A DNA stretch of 64,000 bases from NCBI GenBank assembly GCA_963812745.1, contig CAWEWE010000004.1:188760-252759 (forward strand). Reading direction: 5' to 3'. The translations under genes and the position numbers were made by a program. The DNA is from an uncultured Chloroflexia bacterium (GTDB lineage: Bacteria > Chloroflexota > Limnocylindria > Limnocylindrales > CSP1-4). The notes under the pieces are model-generated. The model saw only the letters and a program-made list of their open reading frames with translations. It ran no database searches and was not told where the DNA came from. Shown in pieces: positions 11,522 to 20,594 of the stretch (its first letter is position 1; each line of letters opens with the position of its first letter).

Positions 11522-12523
11522 TCAACCCGATCCACCTCCCTCCGGATCGGCGCGGCCCAGCAATTCCTCGACCGCGTCCTCCGGTGAGACGGGGTTCACG
11601 GGCAGCCCGGTTCCCAGCTCGAGGCCGGCGATCTCGCGCAGCCGCGGGTGGATCTCCCAGTGCCAGTGGTAGGTGCCGTCGACCTGCTCGCGCAACGGCG
11701 CTGTGTGGAGCACGAGGTTGTACGGCGGCCCATCGAGCGACCCGGCGAGACTGCCGAGGACCTGGCGGAGCGCTTCGGCGGTGGCCTTGATCGTGTTCGC
11801 GTCGGCCCGGCCGAAGTCGGCGTCGTGACGGCGCGGGACGATCCAGATCTCGAACGGCGAGCGCGACGCGTACGGGGCGAACGCCACGCTGTCGTGATCC
11901 TCCCAGACGAGGCGGTCGGGCCGCACCGACTCCTCGCGGACCAGCCGGCAGAACGGGCACTCGCCCTCGCGGATCACGAAGCGGGCAGCGCCGCCGAGCT
12001 CCTCGGCGATCCGATGGGGGATCTGCGGCAGGTCGTACAGGTCGAGACAGAGGTGGTTGGTCCGTGCGCCGGCCTGGGCGCCCCAGTTCTGGACCACTGT
12101 CAGGTACTCGGTCTGCGGGTCGTCCCGCGCCTCGGCGAGGGCATCGCGAGCGCCGGCCACGAGGCCTTCGATCAGATCGGTGCCGACGGCATGCAGCGGT
12201 CGATGCTCGCCCGCCGGGGCGATGACGGTCCGCCACGATCCGGTTGCCCGCGCCTGGGCCAGCGACACCTGGGCGATCCCGTGATCGCGGTCGAGCTCGC
12301 GCGCCTCGCTATCGGTCCCGACGACGTGGAACGCGTAGTCCTTGAGGACGCGCGTGCGCACCCCATCGCCCGGGGCGGCGCAGTTGCCACAGCCGAACAG
12401 CCGGTCGTCGACGGGCTCGGCCGCTCGTGCGAACCGGTCGAGGTGGAAGGCGCGGTCCACCACCGTGGCCACCCACCAGCTGGTGATCGGGTCCTTTCGG
12501 AGCTCGAACAGACCGCTCGGCAT
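11522..12523 (-). CDS. Galactose-1-phosphate uridylyltransferase-like (HIT superfamily) nucleotidyltransferase
   Basis: The N-terminus LRKDPITSWWV resembles the GalT DPLTGEWV signature. Also present: CPFC zinc motif, ...NWGAQAGARTNH..., and a C-terminal HWHWEIHP motif. The canonical HPH nucleophile motif is not obvious. Confidence 0.5.
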   Translation of the reverse strand: MPSGLFELRKDPITSWWVATVVDRAFHLDRFARAAEPVDDRLFGCGNCAAPGDGVRTRVLKDYAFHVVGTDSEARELDRDHGIAQVSLAQARATGSWRTVIAPAGEHRPLHAVGTDLIEGLVAGARDALAEARDDPQTEYLTVVQNWGAQAGARTNHLCLDLYDLPQIPHRIAEELGGAARFVIREGECPFCRLVREESVRPDRLVWEDHDSVAFAPYASRSPFEIWIVPRRHDADFGRADANTIKATAEALRQVLGSLAGSLDGPPYNLVLHTAPLREQVDGTYHWHWEIHPRLREIAGLELGTGLPVNPVSPEDAVEELLGRADPEGGGSG

Positions 12524-12530
12524 CGACCGG

Positions 12531-13259
12531 TCAGGCCTCGGCTACGAGCGGTGCATCGATGGCCGATGCGAACGAGCGAGCGAAGATCCAGGCGGCTTCC
12601 TCGACCGATGCCGTCGACGGGCGGTCGGCTCGGCCGAGCTCCCGGGCGATCGACGTCGAGACGACGCCCGGCATCCCGCAGGCGTCGATCAGCGCAAAGT
12701 CGTCGAGATCGACCGTGACGTTGAGCGCGATCCCGTGATAGCTGACGCCGCGCTCGATGCGAAGACCCAGGGCGCCGATCTTGCGCGGTGCCGTGGAAGT
12801 GGGTTCGCACCAGCACCCGGGATGGCCGTCGCGACGCGCGGCGCTGACGCCGAGTGCCGCGCAGGTGTCGACCATCGCGGACTCGAGCGCCCGGACCAAC
12901 GGGCGGAGAAGCAGGCCGCGCTCGTGGATCCGCAGGATCGGATAGGCCACGAGCTGCCCCGGGCCGTGATAGGTGACCTCCCCTCCCCGCTCGATCCGCT
13001 CGACGGCGATGCTCCTCGCCTCGAGATCCTCGGGGCCGGCCAGGATGTGGGCGGGGTCGGAGTTCCTCCCGAGGGTCAGGACGGCGGGATGCTCCAGCAA
13101 CAGGAGCTGATCGGCGATCTGACCCGCGGCTCGCTCGTCGACGAGCCGCTTCTGGAGCGCGTACGCCTCCCGATAGTCGATCCGACCCAGCCAGCGGGCA
13201 TGGAGCGGCGCGGGCGCGCCGAGCGCGCCACGGTTTGGTTCAGTGAGGGTCGCCTCCAC
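12531..13259 (-). CDS. lipB: Octanoyltransferase (lipoyl(octanoyl) transferase)
   Basis: LLLLEHPAVLTLGR, ERGGEVTYHGPGQLVAYPIL, and catalytic region ...RKIGALGLRIERGVSYHGIALNV. Confidence 0.88.
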   Translation of the reverse strand: MEATLTEPNRGALGAPAPLHARWLGRIDYREAYALQKRLVDERAAGQIADQLLLLEHPAVLTLGRNSDPAHILAGPEDLEARSIAVERIERGGEVTYHGPGQLVAYPILRIHERGLLLRPLVRALESAMVDTCAALGVSAARRDGHPGCWCEPTSTAPRKIGALGLRIERGVSYHGIALNVTVDLDDFALIDACGMPGVVSTSIARELGRADRPSTASVEEAAWIFARSFASAIDAPLVAEA

Positions 13260-13407
13260 GCTCGCACGATAGCAGGGGACCCTTGTTCGGCCGTTCGGGG
13301 TGGCCCAAGGGTACCGGGGGAGCCCCGCCGACCGGGTCGCTGCACTTTCGTTGCAAACCGGGTAGCGTACGCCCGCTCACCGTCACGACACGAAGATCGG
13401 ATCCCGA

Positions 13408-13620
13408 ATGTCCGCATACCTCGTACGTCCTCGCTCGTGCATCGCCGACCCCGAGCTCGCCCGCGCCGCGGTCGTCGACCTGCCCGCACCGTTCAAGTAC
13501 CCGCGGCCGGAGCCCCGGGAGGCGATCGCCAAGGCGCTCGCCGCCTGGCGCGGCTCGATCGAGCCGGAGCGCATGATCGTGATGACGCTCGCACCGGTGC
13601 CCGCCCGCTCGCGACGCTGA
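13408..13620 (+). CDS. Hypothetical small protein (70 aa)
   Basis: A complete ORF with strongly GC-biased third codon positions, typical of this genome. No recognisable motif. Confidence 0.4.
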   Translation: MSAYLVRPRSCIADPELARAAVVDLPAPFKYPRPEPREAIAKALAAWRGSIEPERMIVMTLAPVPARSRR

Positions 13621-13805
13621 GCCGGCCAGCTGGGCAACCAGCGACCCATCAGGGATTGCAACACTTTCGAGATTGCCAGCGCTGCCGGTTTGGCAGATAG
13701 TCTTCCTGGGCACCCGTAAGAGCTGAGTCCCGGACCTCGGATCGACGGTCGATCGACGCGCGCCGCCTGCGCCGGACGACGCGCACTGAGATGAGGTGAC
13801 TCGCC

Positions 13806-14243
13806 ATGATGGAGTCCAGCCTGTACGACCGCCTGGGTGGGGCGTTCGCGATCGCGGCCGTCGTCGACCAGTTCAGCGACGCGCTCTTCGACAACCCCAA
13901 AGTCGGCACCCGCTCGGATAATCCGCAGCTCCAGCAGTGGCACGCGAACCAGCGGGATCGACTGCCTGGACTCAAGTTCATGCGCACGCTATGGGTGTGC
14001 AACGTGGCCGGTGGACCATTCGAGTTCACCGCCACGCGACCCGGCAGCACGGCACTCGGCCTCGAGGAGGCGCACCGCGAGCTCAAGATCTCGCCGGAGG
14101 AGTTCGACGAGGTGGCAGCAGAGCTCGGCCGGACGCTCGACGCGTTCAAGATCCCGGAGAAGGAGAAGGGCGAGGTGCTGGCTGCCTTCGCCGCGCACAA
14201 GGGTGAGGTGACCGAGGGCCACATGGCGCTCGCCGGGCGCTAG
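13806..14243 (+). CDS. Truncated (2/2) haemoglobin family protein
   Basis: N-terminal LYDRLGGAFAIAAVVDQFSDALFDNPKVG matches the trHb pre-A/B-helix signature (YxxxGG...VxxFY..L..D). Length 145 aa. Confidence 0.7.
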   Translation: MMESSLYDRLGGAFAIAAVVDQFSDALFDNPKVGTRSDNPQLQQWHANQRDRLPGLKFMRTLWVCNVAGGPFEFTATRPGSTALGLEEAHRELKISPEEFDEVAAELGRTLDAFKIPEKEKGEVLAAFAAHKGEVTEGHMALAGR

Positions 14244-14250
14244 CGAGTCC

Positions 14251-15369
14251 CTACGAGGGCCGGACGTCCCCGACCGTGTCGTTGAGTCGCAGGAGGGCGG
14301 CCTTCCGCATCCACGGCTCGTAGACCGCGATCCCGTCGTCGCGTCCCTTGGCGGTGTACATCGCGGTGTCCGCCTGCCGCAGCAGGGTCTCAGGCGAGCC
14401 GTCGGGCGCCACGTAGGCGATCCCGATCGTGACCGACACCCGCAGCGAATGGCCACCGATCGTGGTGGCGCCGTGGACGGCGGAGCGGAGCCGTTGGGCG
14501 ATCGTCACGGCCGTGTCGCGCTCGCCGATCGAGGCCAGCACGCAGAACTCATCGCCGCCGAAGCGCGCCAGGATGTCGGCCGGCCTGGTGGCGCTCGCGA
14601 GCCGCTGGGCCACGATCCGGAGCACCTCGTCCCCGATCGAGTGGCCGAGGCCGTCGTTGACGTCCTTGAAGCCGTTGAGGTCGAGGAACAGCAGCGCCCA
14701 CGGTTCGGGCAGCTGGTGCACGCGTTCGAGCTCGATGTCGAGCTGCTCGCGGTTCAGCAGGCCCGTCAGCGTGTCGTGGGAGGCTCGATACGCGAGCGAC
14801 TCCTCGGTGCGCTTCTGATCGGTGATGTCGATCATCACGCCGACGAGCCGGTGACCCGATCCGTCCGCTTTGCGGATGACGCGGATCACGTCAGAGAACC
14901 AGCGGTACTCGCCGGTCGCGATCTGGAAGCGGTACTCGATGCGGATGCTGGTCAGGGCCTTGATCGCCGCATCGGTCACGGACATCGCGCGTACGCGGTC
15001 CTCCGGGTGCAGGTGGCGCTCCCAGAACTCCGGCTCGTTGAGCCAGCGCTCCGGCGGGTAGCCCACGATGTCCAGCGCCCGCGGCGAGACGAACGTCATC
15101 TTGTAGTCGTCGCCATCCGCCTCCCACACGATGGCGTCGAGCGAGCCGACGAGGTCGTCGAACCGGCTCTGGCTCAGGAGCGGTTTGGCTGGGAGGGCCG
15201 GCGCCGACGACCCGTCAGCGGCGGCCGGCAGGCGAGGCAGGGCCGGATGTCGGAGCGGCCGGGCTACGCCCACGGCGGTCGGCGCACGGGGATCCGACCG
15301 AGGCGATTCCCCGGCCTGCGAGCCGGGCGACCTCGGACTGGACGCGGTCCGTTGGTGCGAGCGGGACAT
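14251..15369 (-). CDS. PAS-GGDEF diguanylate cyclase
   Basis: GGDEF active site RFGGDEFCVL and LTGLLNR. A PAS-like region (IEYRFQIATGEYRWF) sits upstream. The low-complexity N-terminus makes the true start uncertain. Confidence 0.8.
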   Translation of the reverse strand: MSRSHQRTASSPRSPGSQAGESPRSDPRAPTAVGVARPLRHPALPRLPAAADGSSAPALPAKPLLSQSRFDDLVGSLDAIVWEADGDDYKMTFVSPRALDIVGYPPERWLNEPEFWERHLHPEDRVRAMSVTDAAIKALTSIRIEYRFQIATGEYRWFSDVIRVIRKADGSGHRLVGVMIDITDQKRTEESLAYRASHDTLTGLLNREQLDIELERVHQLPEPWALLFLDLNGFKDVNDGLGHSIGDEVLRIVAQRLASATRPADILARFGGDEFCVLASIGERDTAVTIAQRLRSAVHGATTIGGHSLRVSVTIGIAYVAPDGSPETLLRQADTAMYTAKGRDDGIAVYEPWMRKAALLRLNDTVGDVRPS

Positions 15370-15485
15370 GCTTGATCCATGGTGGCGAGCGATCTCGGCG
15401 CGAAGCCTAGGGGCTCAGTCCCGTCGCACAACCTACCTATCCGTACCACTCCGGTCCGCCTTCGCGTTCGAGGGCAAGCCCGATG

Positions 15486-15890
15486 TCAGTCGAGCCAGAC
15501 CCTGTCCTGGTTCTCGGGATCGTCGATCGGTGACGAGATGAACAGGACCTGCGGCGCGTCCTCGAACTGGCCGCCGTGCGGCGTGTTGGCCGGGATCACC
15601 CAGACGTCACCGCGCTTGACCGGTCGCGTGACGCCGCCGACCGTGACCGAACCCGTGCCCTCGAGCACGTAGCCGATCTCATCGTGCGTCTCGTGGACGT
15701 GGGACCGGAACGGCCCGGCGTGGCCCTGGAACACGAACACGCTCGATTGCGACCCGTGACCGAGATACGTCCGCTTGAACACATCGGCGTCGGTCAGCTT
15801 GTCGGCCTCGACCGCGGCCGCCACGTCGACGACGTCGATCTTGGTCAGGTGGCTCAGGTCCTTGGCCGGGCGGTCGGCCTGGTCGGTCAT
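15486..15890 (-). CDS. Cupin domain protein
   Basis: Cupin metal motifs HVHETHDEIGYVLEGTG ... GDVWVIPANTPHG. A 4-nt overlap with the upstream aldolase gene suggests an operon. Confidence 0.6.
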   Translation of the reverse strand: MTDQADRPAKDLSHLTKIDVVDVAAAVEADKLTDADVFKRTYLGHGSQSSVFVFQGHAGPFRSHVHETHDEIGYVLEGTGSVTVGGVTRPVKRGDVWVIPANTPHGGQFEDAPQVLFISSPIDDPENQDRVWLD

Positions 15891-16561
15891 CGTCGATCCT
15901 CCGTGTGGCGGTCGCGCCGCGCGACCAGCGCCTCGAACAGGAAGTGGTAGACCTCGGTGTGCCGTTTCGCGTCGAGCACGTCGGCGCCCCAGATGTAGGC
16001 ACCATGGTCGCGCACCACCACGGCCTGCGCGGCGGCGAATCGCGGATCGGCCAGCGCCGCCTCGAGTTGGCTGACGAGCTCGGGCTCGCGTGGCGTATTA
16101 CGGATGACCGGCACGAGGTGCGTGTCGGTGTTCGTCACGCCGGGGATGCCCTTGAGCATCTCGAGTTCTCGGATGGCCAGGTGGTCGGCGCCGGCATCCG
16201 CCGCCAGATCGCCGGCGAGGACGGCCGCGAGCGCGTGCGAGTGCACGACGCTCCACGACCCGCGCGAACGGTGGACGAGACAGAAGATCGCATTGCATTC
16301 GCTGGGCCTCAGGTCGGGGCGATCGGGCGAGCGGACGACGCGGCCGTCAGCGGGGTCGACGGTGAAGAACTCGTCGGTCTGGACCCGTTCTTTGTGGACG
16401 CCGCTCGGTGCCAGGAGGAGCCCGCCGTCGTCGGCCGGGCCGCAGATGCCGCCGCCGGTGCCGGACACCCACGCGCGGCGGTGGAAGTCGCGCAGGAGCT
16501 CGACGAGGAGCTCGCGGGTCGCCTGCTCAGCGGTCATCGCTCGATTATCGCCGCGACCCAC
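15887..16561 (-). CDS. Class II aldolase/adducin family protein, most similar to methylthioribulose-1-phosphate dehydratase
   Basis: GTGGGICGP...LLLAPSGVHKERVQ..DEFF..D...G and HSHAL metal ligands. Confidence 0.65.
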   Translation of the reverse strand: MGRGDNRAMTAEQATRELLVELLRDFHRRAWVSGTGGGICGPADDGGLLLAPSGVHKERVQTDEFFTVDPADGRVVRSPDRPDLRPSECNAIFCLVHRSRGSWSVVHSHALAAVLAGDLAADAGADHLAIRELEMLKGIPGVTNTDTHLVPVIRNTPREPELVSQLEAALADPRFAAAQAVVVRDHGAYIWGADVLDAKRHTEVYHFLFEALVARRDRHTEDRR

Positions 16562-16598
16562 TCGCTGATTGCGGTCGACGAACGGTCCGTGCTAGGTT

Positions 16599-16621
16599 GT
16601 GACTTGCAAGTTGCAAGTCAC
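16599..16621 (+). promoter_or_regulatory. Perfect 23-bp palindrome GTGACTTGCAAG TTGCAAGTCAC (11-bp arms). It is a candidate operator between the divergent aldolase and protease genes.
   Basis: Seen in sequence. The reverse complement is identical except at the central base. It lies 17 nt upstream of the protease ATG, immediately 5' of the AGGAG SD. Confidence 0.55.
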
Positions 16622-16637
16622 AGGAGCAAGCGGTCTC

Positions 16638-17630
16638 ATGGTCTCCACGCTCGAGCGGCCTGACCCCCGCTCGGTAGCCCCGGAAGTCGATAGCGATGAC
16701 AGCGCGGTCCTCGATGCGTATTCGATGGCCGTCAGCGCGGTCGCGGAAACGCTCATCCCGTCCGTCGCGAGCTTGCGCATCACCCGGCAGGTCAACGGCT
16801 GGACCGCAGGCGGCGCAGGGTCGGCAGTCTCGTTCACCCCGGACGGGTTCCTCGTGACGAGCGCCCACGTCGTGGCAGGCGCCGATCGCGGGTCCGCGGC
16901 ATTCGTCGACGGATCGGAGCGTGACTTCCGGGTCGTCGGACGCGACACGCTCAGCGACCTGGCGATCGTCCGTTGTGACGGCGACCTCGTCGCGGCGCGG
17001 TTCGGTGACGCCGCTCGACTCAAAGTCGGACAGCTGGTGGTCGCCATCGGGAATCCGCTCGGCTTCACCGGCTCGGTGACGGCCGGTGTGGTGAGCGCAC
17101 TCGGCCGATCCCTCGCCGTCCGCGAAGGACGGAATAGCCGGATGGTCGAGAACGTGATCCAGACCGACGCGGCACTCAACCCCGGCAACTCCGGCGGAGC
17201 GTTGGCCGATTCCCGCGCCCGCGTGGTCGGCATCAATACCGCCGTCGCAGGGATCGGGCTCGGGCTCGCCGTCCCCATCGACGACCAGGCCCGCGCCATC
17301 CTCGCCGCCCTGATGCGCGAGGGACGCGTTCGGCGCGCCTACCTTGGCGTCGTCGGCGGGCCGAGGCCGCTCCCACCCCGGCTGGCGGGATCGCTCGCCC
17401 GTCAACGCGGGCTCGAGGTCGCCCAGGTCCTGGGCGGGTCGCCCGCCAGTGCGGGCGGCATCCGCGAGGGTGACCTGATCCTCGACCTTGACGCACAGCC
17501 CATCGAAAGCGTCGCGGATCTCCAGCGACGGCTCGTGGGGGACGCCATCGGACGGCGGTTGACGGTCCGCGTCGCCCGCGGCGATCGCCTCGTCGATCTC
17601 GACGTTACGCCGATCGAACTGACGGCCTAG
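16638..17630 (+). CDS. HtrA/DegP-like trypsin-family serine protease with a C-terminal PDZ domain
   Basis: Catalytic triad context: VTSAHVV (His), TLSDLAIV (Asp), GNSGGAL (Ser). PDZ-like region GLEVAQVLGGSPASAGGIREGDLILDLD. The ATG at 16638 is preceded by AGGAG. The track ORF start at 16599 falls inside the palindrome. Confidence 0.8.
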   Translation: MVSTLERPDPRSVAPEVDSDDSAVLDAYSMAVSAVAETLIPSVASLRITRQVNGWTAGGAGSAVSFTPDGFLVTSAHVVAGADRGSAAFVDGSERDFRVVGRDTLSDLAIVRCDGDLVAARFGDAARLKVGQLVVAIGNPLGFTGSVTAGVVSALGRSLAVREGRNSRMVENVIQTDAALNPGNSGGALADSRARVVGINTAVAGIGLGLAVPIDDQARAILAALMREGRVRRAYLGVVGGPRPLPPRLAGSLARQRGLEVAQVLGGSPASAGGIREGDLILDLDAQPIESVADLQRRLVGDAIGRRLTVRVARGDRLVDLDVTPIELTA

Positions 17631-17740
17631 TCGGGCGGCCCGAAGGGCGGCCACGCGCACAGCAAGGCGGACCATCGGCGGCAACGCGCAGACATTCGAC
17701 CCCTCGTGGCGCTCGGGGGAGGCGCTAGGATGCAGGCCTC

Positions 17741-18613
17741 ATGACCGATCAGCCCCGCGCCGAAACTCCCGACGCCTTTGCCTTGGGAGGCCCGCCGCCG
17801 GCATCAAGCCAGCGCCCGCTGCCGCTCCGGCAGATGGGGATCGGCGAGCTCGTCGACGGCGCCGTCAAGCTCTATCGGCGCGACTGGCTCGCGCTCATGG
17901 GGATCTCCGCCTTGGTCCTCGTCCCGGTCACGTTCATCCAGCTCTGGGTGACGCAGACCATGGTCGCGTCGGTGGACGTGTTCGCGACCGACGAGGAGTT
18001 CCAGGCGATGACCACCCAGCTCATCATCGTCACGCTCGTCTTCGTCGTGGTCCAGGTGTTCATCGTCCAGCCGTTCCTCGTCGCCGCGATCTCGCGCGCC
18101 GCCGCCGACGCGTACCTCGGGAAGAGCGTGACCCTGGGGCAGACCCTCCGCTACGCGCTGTCGAGGTTGCCCGCGATCCTGTGGGTCACGATCATCACGC
18201 TGGTCGTGACGACCATCGGGTTCATCCTGTTGATCATCCCTGGGGTCCTCGCGCTGGTTCGTCTCACGCTGACGCCGGCCATCGTGGTCGTCGAGGACGT
18301 GCGCGGGACCAGCGCCGTCAGCAGGTCCTGGAGCCTCACTGGGGGCCATTTCTGGCGGGTGTTCGCGACGTTGATCCTGTCCGGCATCATCGCGGCGGTC
18401 GGGGCGGCGATCATCCAGATCCCGACCGAGGTGATCGCGACGATGCTCGGACCCGAGGGCTGGCCGGTGTCCGCGCTCGGTACCGCGCTGGCCAGTGTGG
18501 TCGTCACTCCGTTCAGCCTCCTGATCGTCGTCCTGCTCTACTTCGACTTGCGCGTGCGCAAGGAGGGCTACGACATCGAGGTGATGGCGCAGGAGCTCGC
18601 ACCCGCTTCGTGA
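17741..18613 (+). CDS. Polytopic membrane protein (glycerophosphodiester-phosphodiesterase-membrane-domain-like). First gene of the conserved MoxR-associated cluster.
   Basis: At least 5 hydrophobic helices. The C-terminal motif is LLYFDLRVRKEGYDIEVMAQEL. It is translationally coupled (GTGA) to the next gene. Confidence 0.55.
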   Translation: MTDQPRAETPDAFALGGPPPASSQRPLPLRQMGIGELVDGAVKLYRRDWLALMGISALVLVPVTFIQLWVTQTMVASVDVFATDEEFQAMTTQLIIVTLVFVVVQVFIVQPFLVAAISRAAADAYLGKSVTLGQTLRYALSRLPAILWVTIITLVVTTIGFILLIIPGVLALVRLTLTPAIVVVEDVRGTSAVSRSWSLTGGHFWRVFATLILSGIIAAVGAAIIQIPTEVIATMLGPEGWPVSALGTALASVVVTPFSLLIVVLLYFDLRVRKEGYDIEVMAQELAPAS

Positions 18614-19542
18614 GGCGGAGGGGCTGGCTGCGTGCGCCGCTCGCGGCGCTGGTCGGCATCCTGGCGCTCGCCTCGCCGGGCCTCGCGCAGACCCAGCTCA
18701 GCCAACAGGAGTTCCTGGATCGGCTCGAACGCGCGACGGAGATCGCACGCCTGGACGGCGCCGTTCCGTCACCGCAGCGCATGGCCGACCTGCGCGCCGC
18801 CCTCGGCCTGCCGGTGGAGATCGTCATCGGCCACTGGTCGGCTGAGATCGAGCGCGACCCGCTCCTCGAACGCTTGTCCGGCGAGAACGCCGACGACTTC
18901 GAGCGGGCGGATCTGCGGCTGGCGGCGATCGGCAGCGCGCTGGACGATGCGATCTCGCGCGAGGCACGTTCCTCCGCCGACATCGCGAATGCCCTCGCGG
19001 GCGCCTATAGCGGCGTGGTCCCGCCGCGTCCTGACCCACTCCTTATCGTGCTCCAGTACTTCGAAGACGTGATCCAGGGGATCCTGCAGCGCCTCGGAAA
19101 CGTGCTGCCCAACGCCGGGAGCGCCCTCGCGTGGGTGGTGCTGGTCGGGATCGTGGTGTTCGCCGCCTGGTTCGCGTTCCGGTCCCGGCTCGTACCCGAC
19201 CGCGCATCGCGGGAGGGTACCCAGCGTGGCCGCACCACGAGTTCGGTGGACTGGGCGGCACGGGCGGAGGAGGCGCTGCGGGCCGGCGATCTCCACGAGG
19301 CGGTCCGGGCCTCCTACCTTGCACTGCTGGCCGTCCTGGCTGGCAAGGGCATCGTGGCGAACGCTCCCGCCCTCACTGCGGGCGAGGCGCGCTTCGCCGT
19401 CCAGCGCCTACGACCGGCGCTCTTCCCGACGATCGCCCGCGCCACCGACTCGTACGAGCGGGTGATCTACGGTGGCGCGCAACCGGACCGACGCGACGTC
19501 GAGCAGCTTCGCGAGGCGACCGCCGAGGCGAGGAAGCCGTGA
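18610..19542 (+). CDS. DUF4129-like secreted/membrane-anchored protein
   Basis: GTG start overlapping the upstream stop. Signal peptide MRRRGWLRAPLAALVGILALASPGLAQ. A C-terminal TM helix (LAWVVLVGIVVFAAWFAF) is followed by a cytoplasmic tail. The family assignment is from pattern memory and not verified. Confidence 0.5.
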   Translation: MRRRGWLRAPLAALVGILALASPGLAQTQLSQQEFLDRLERATEIARLDGAVPSPQRMADLRAALGLPVEIVIGHWSAEIERDPLLERLSGENADDFERADLRLAAIGSALDDAISREARSSADIANALAGAYSGVVPPRPDPLLIVLQYFEDVIQGILQRLGNVLPNAGSALAWVVLVGIVVFAAWFAFRSRLVPDRASREGTQRGRTTSSVDWAARAEEALRAGDLHEAVRASYLALLAVLAGKGIVANAPALTAGEARFAVQRLRPALFPTIARATDSYERVIYGGAQPDRRDVEQLREATAEARKP

Positions 19543-20594
19543 TCACCCGTCGCCGGCTCCTCTTCGCCAGTGCGATCGTGGTATTGGCCGTGCTCGTGTT
19601 GCTCACGCCACGCAGCGAGGACCCTGATTCGATGCTCGCGCTGCGGCGCTTCTACGAGAACCTCGGCCTTGACGTCAGCGAGCGCGACGGATTGCCATCG
19701 AGCGGCGGGACGCTCGTCCTCGTCGCCGACATCCGTGGTCCGGACGAGACCGGGCCCATCCTGGACTGGGTCGATGGTGGCGGCCATCTGGTCGTGGCGG
19801 ACCCGACGTCCGAGTTCGTCCAGATGGCCGGCGGCTCGGCGGCCGCGACACTCGGGTTCGGCGGCACGGTGGACCTTGCACCGGGCTGCGTGACGCCGGC
19901 CGTCGTCGGTGTCGACCGCATCGTCGCGCGGTCGTCCGACCTCATCCTCGTCGCCGATGATCCGGCGTTGGTGCCGTGCTTCCCGGTCGGTGATGGCGCA
20001 CTCGTCCTGACGCGCACATACGGCGAGGGCTCGGTCACGTTGCTCGGCGGCGCCAGCGCGTTCACGAACGCGCTCCTGCGCGAGGCAGACAACGCCGTGT
20101 TCGCCGCCGGCATCGCGGGTCCGGGGTCGGAGGTCGTGTTCGGCCCGCCGACCTCGGCCCTCGGCGGCTCGACCGGGCTGTGGGACACGTTGCCGGATCG
20201 TGCCCGGGCGGCCGTGTGGGCGATCATCGTGGCGGCGGTGGCGTTCGCGCTCGTCCGGGCCCGGCGGCTCGGACGACCCGTGGTCGAGGCGCCGATCGCG
20301 CCGATCCCCGGCAGCGAGCTCGTCCGGGCGGCGGGACGCATGTACCGACGGGCTCGCGCGACACCGTATGCCGGCACGCTGATGCGGCAGGCTACGGTGG
20401 CGCGGTTGTCGCGACGCTTCGGGGCGGCGGGCGCGCACGACCTGTCCGCAGCGGTGGCACGAGCAAGCGGGCAGCCGCGGGATCGCGTCGAGGAGATCCT
20501 CGCCGGGCGCGACCCCCAGAACGACGATGAGCTGATGGCACTCGGAGCAGAACTGGAAGGCCTGTCGGCCGGAGCAGAGATGGGAGGCAGATGA
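19539..20594 (+). CDS. DUF4350-like membrane-anchored protein
   Basis: GTG start overlapping the upstream stop (GTGA). N-terminal TM LLFASAIVVLAVLVLL, a periplasmic domain, and a second TM AAVWAIIVAAVAFALV. Conserved neighbour of MoxR/DUF58 genes. Confidence 0.5.
   Translation: MITRRRLLFASAIVVLAVLVLLTPRSEDPDSMLALRRFYENLGLDVSERDGLPSSGGTLVLVADIRGPDETGPILDWVDGGGHLVVADPTSEFVQMAGGSAAATLGFGGTVDLAPGCVTPAVVGVDRIVARSSDLILVADDPALVPCFPVGDGALVLTRTYGEGSVTLLGGASAFTNALLREADNAVFAAGIAGPGSEVVFGPPTSALGGSTGLWDTLPDRARAAVWAIIVAAVAFALVRARRLGRPVVEAPIAPIPGSELVRAAGRMYRRARATPYAGTLMRQATVARLSRRFGAAGAHDLSAAVARASGQPRDRVEEILAGRDPQNDDELMALGAELEGLSAGAEMGGR

Noticed and set aside
13690-13730. A sigma-54-like TGGGCAC..GC element upstream of the haemoglobin gene
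   Set aside because: It has an extra G relative to TGGCAC-N5-TTGC, the spacing is wrong, and Actinobacteria generally lack RpoN.
16545-17684. A 379-aa minus-strand ORF
   Set aside because: It is antisense to the HtrA-like protease, which has clear catalytic motifs.
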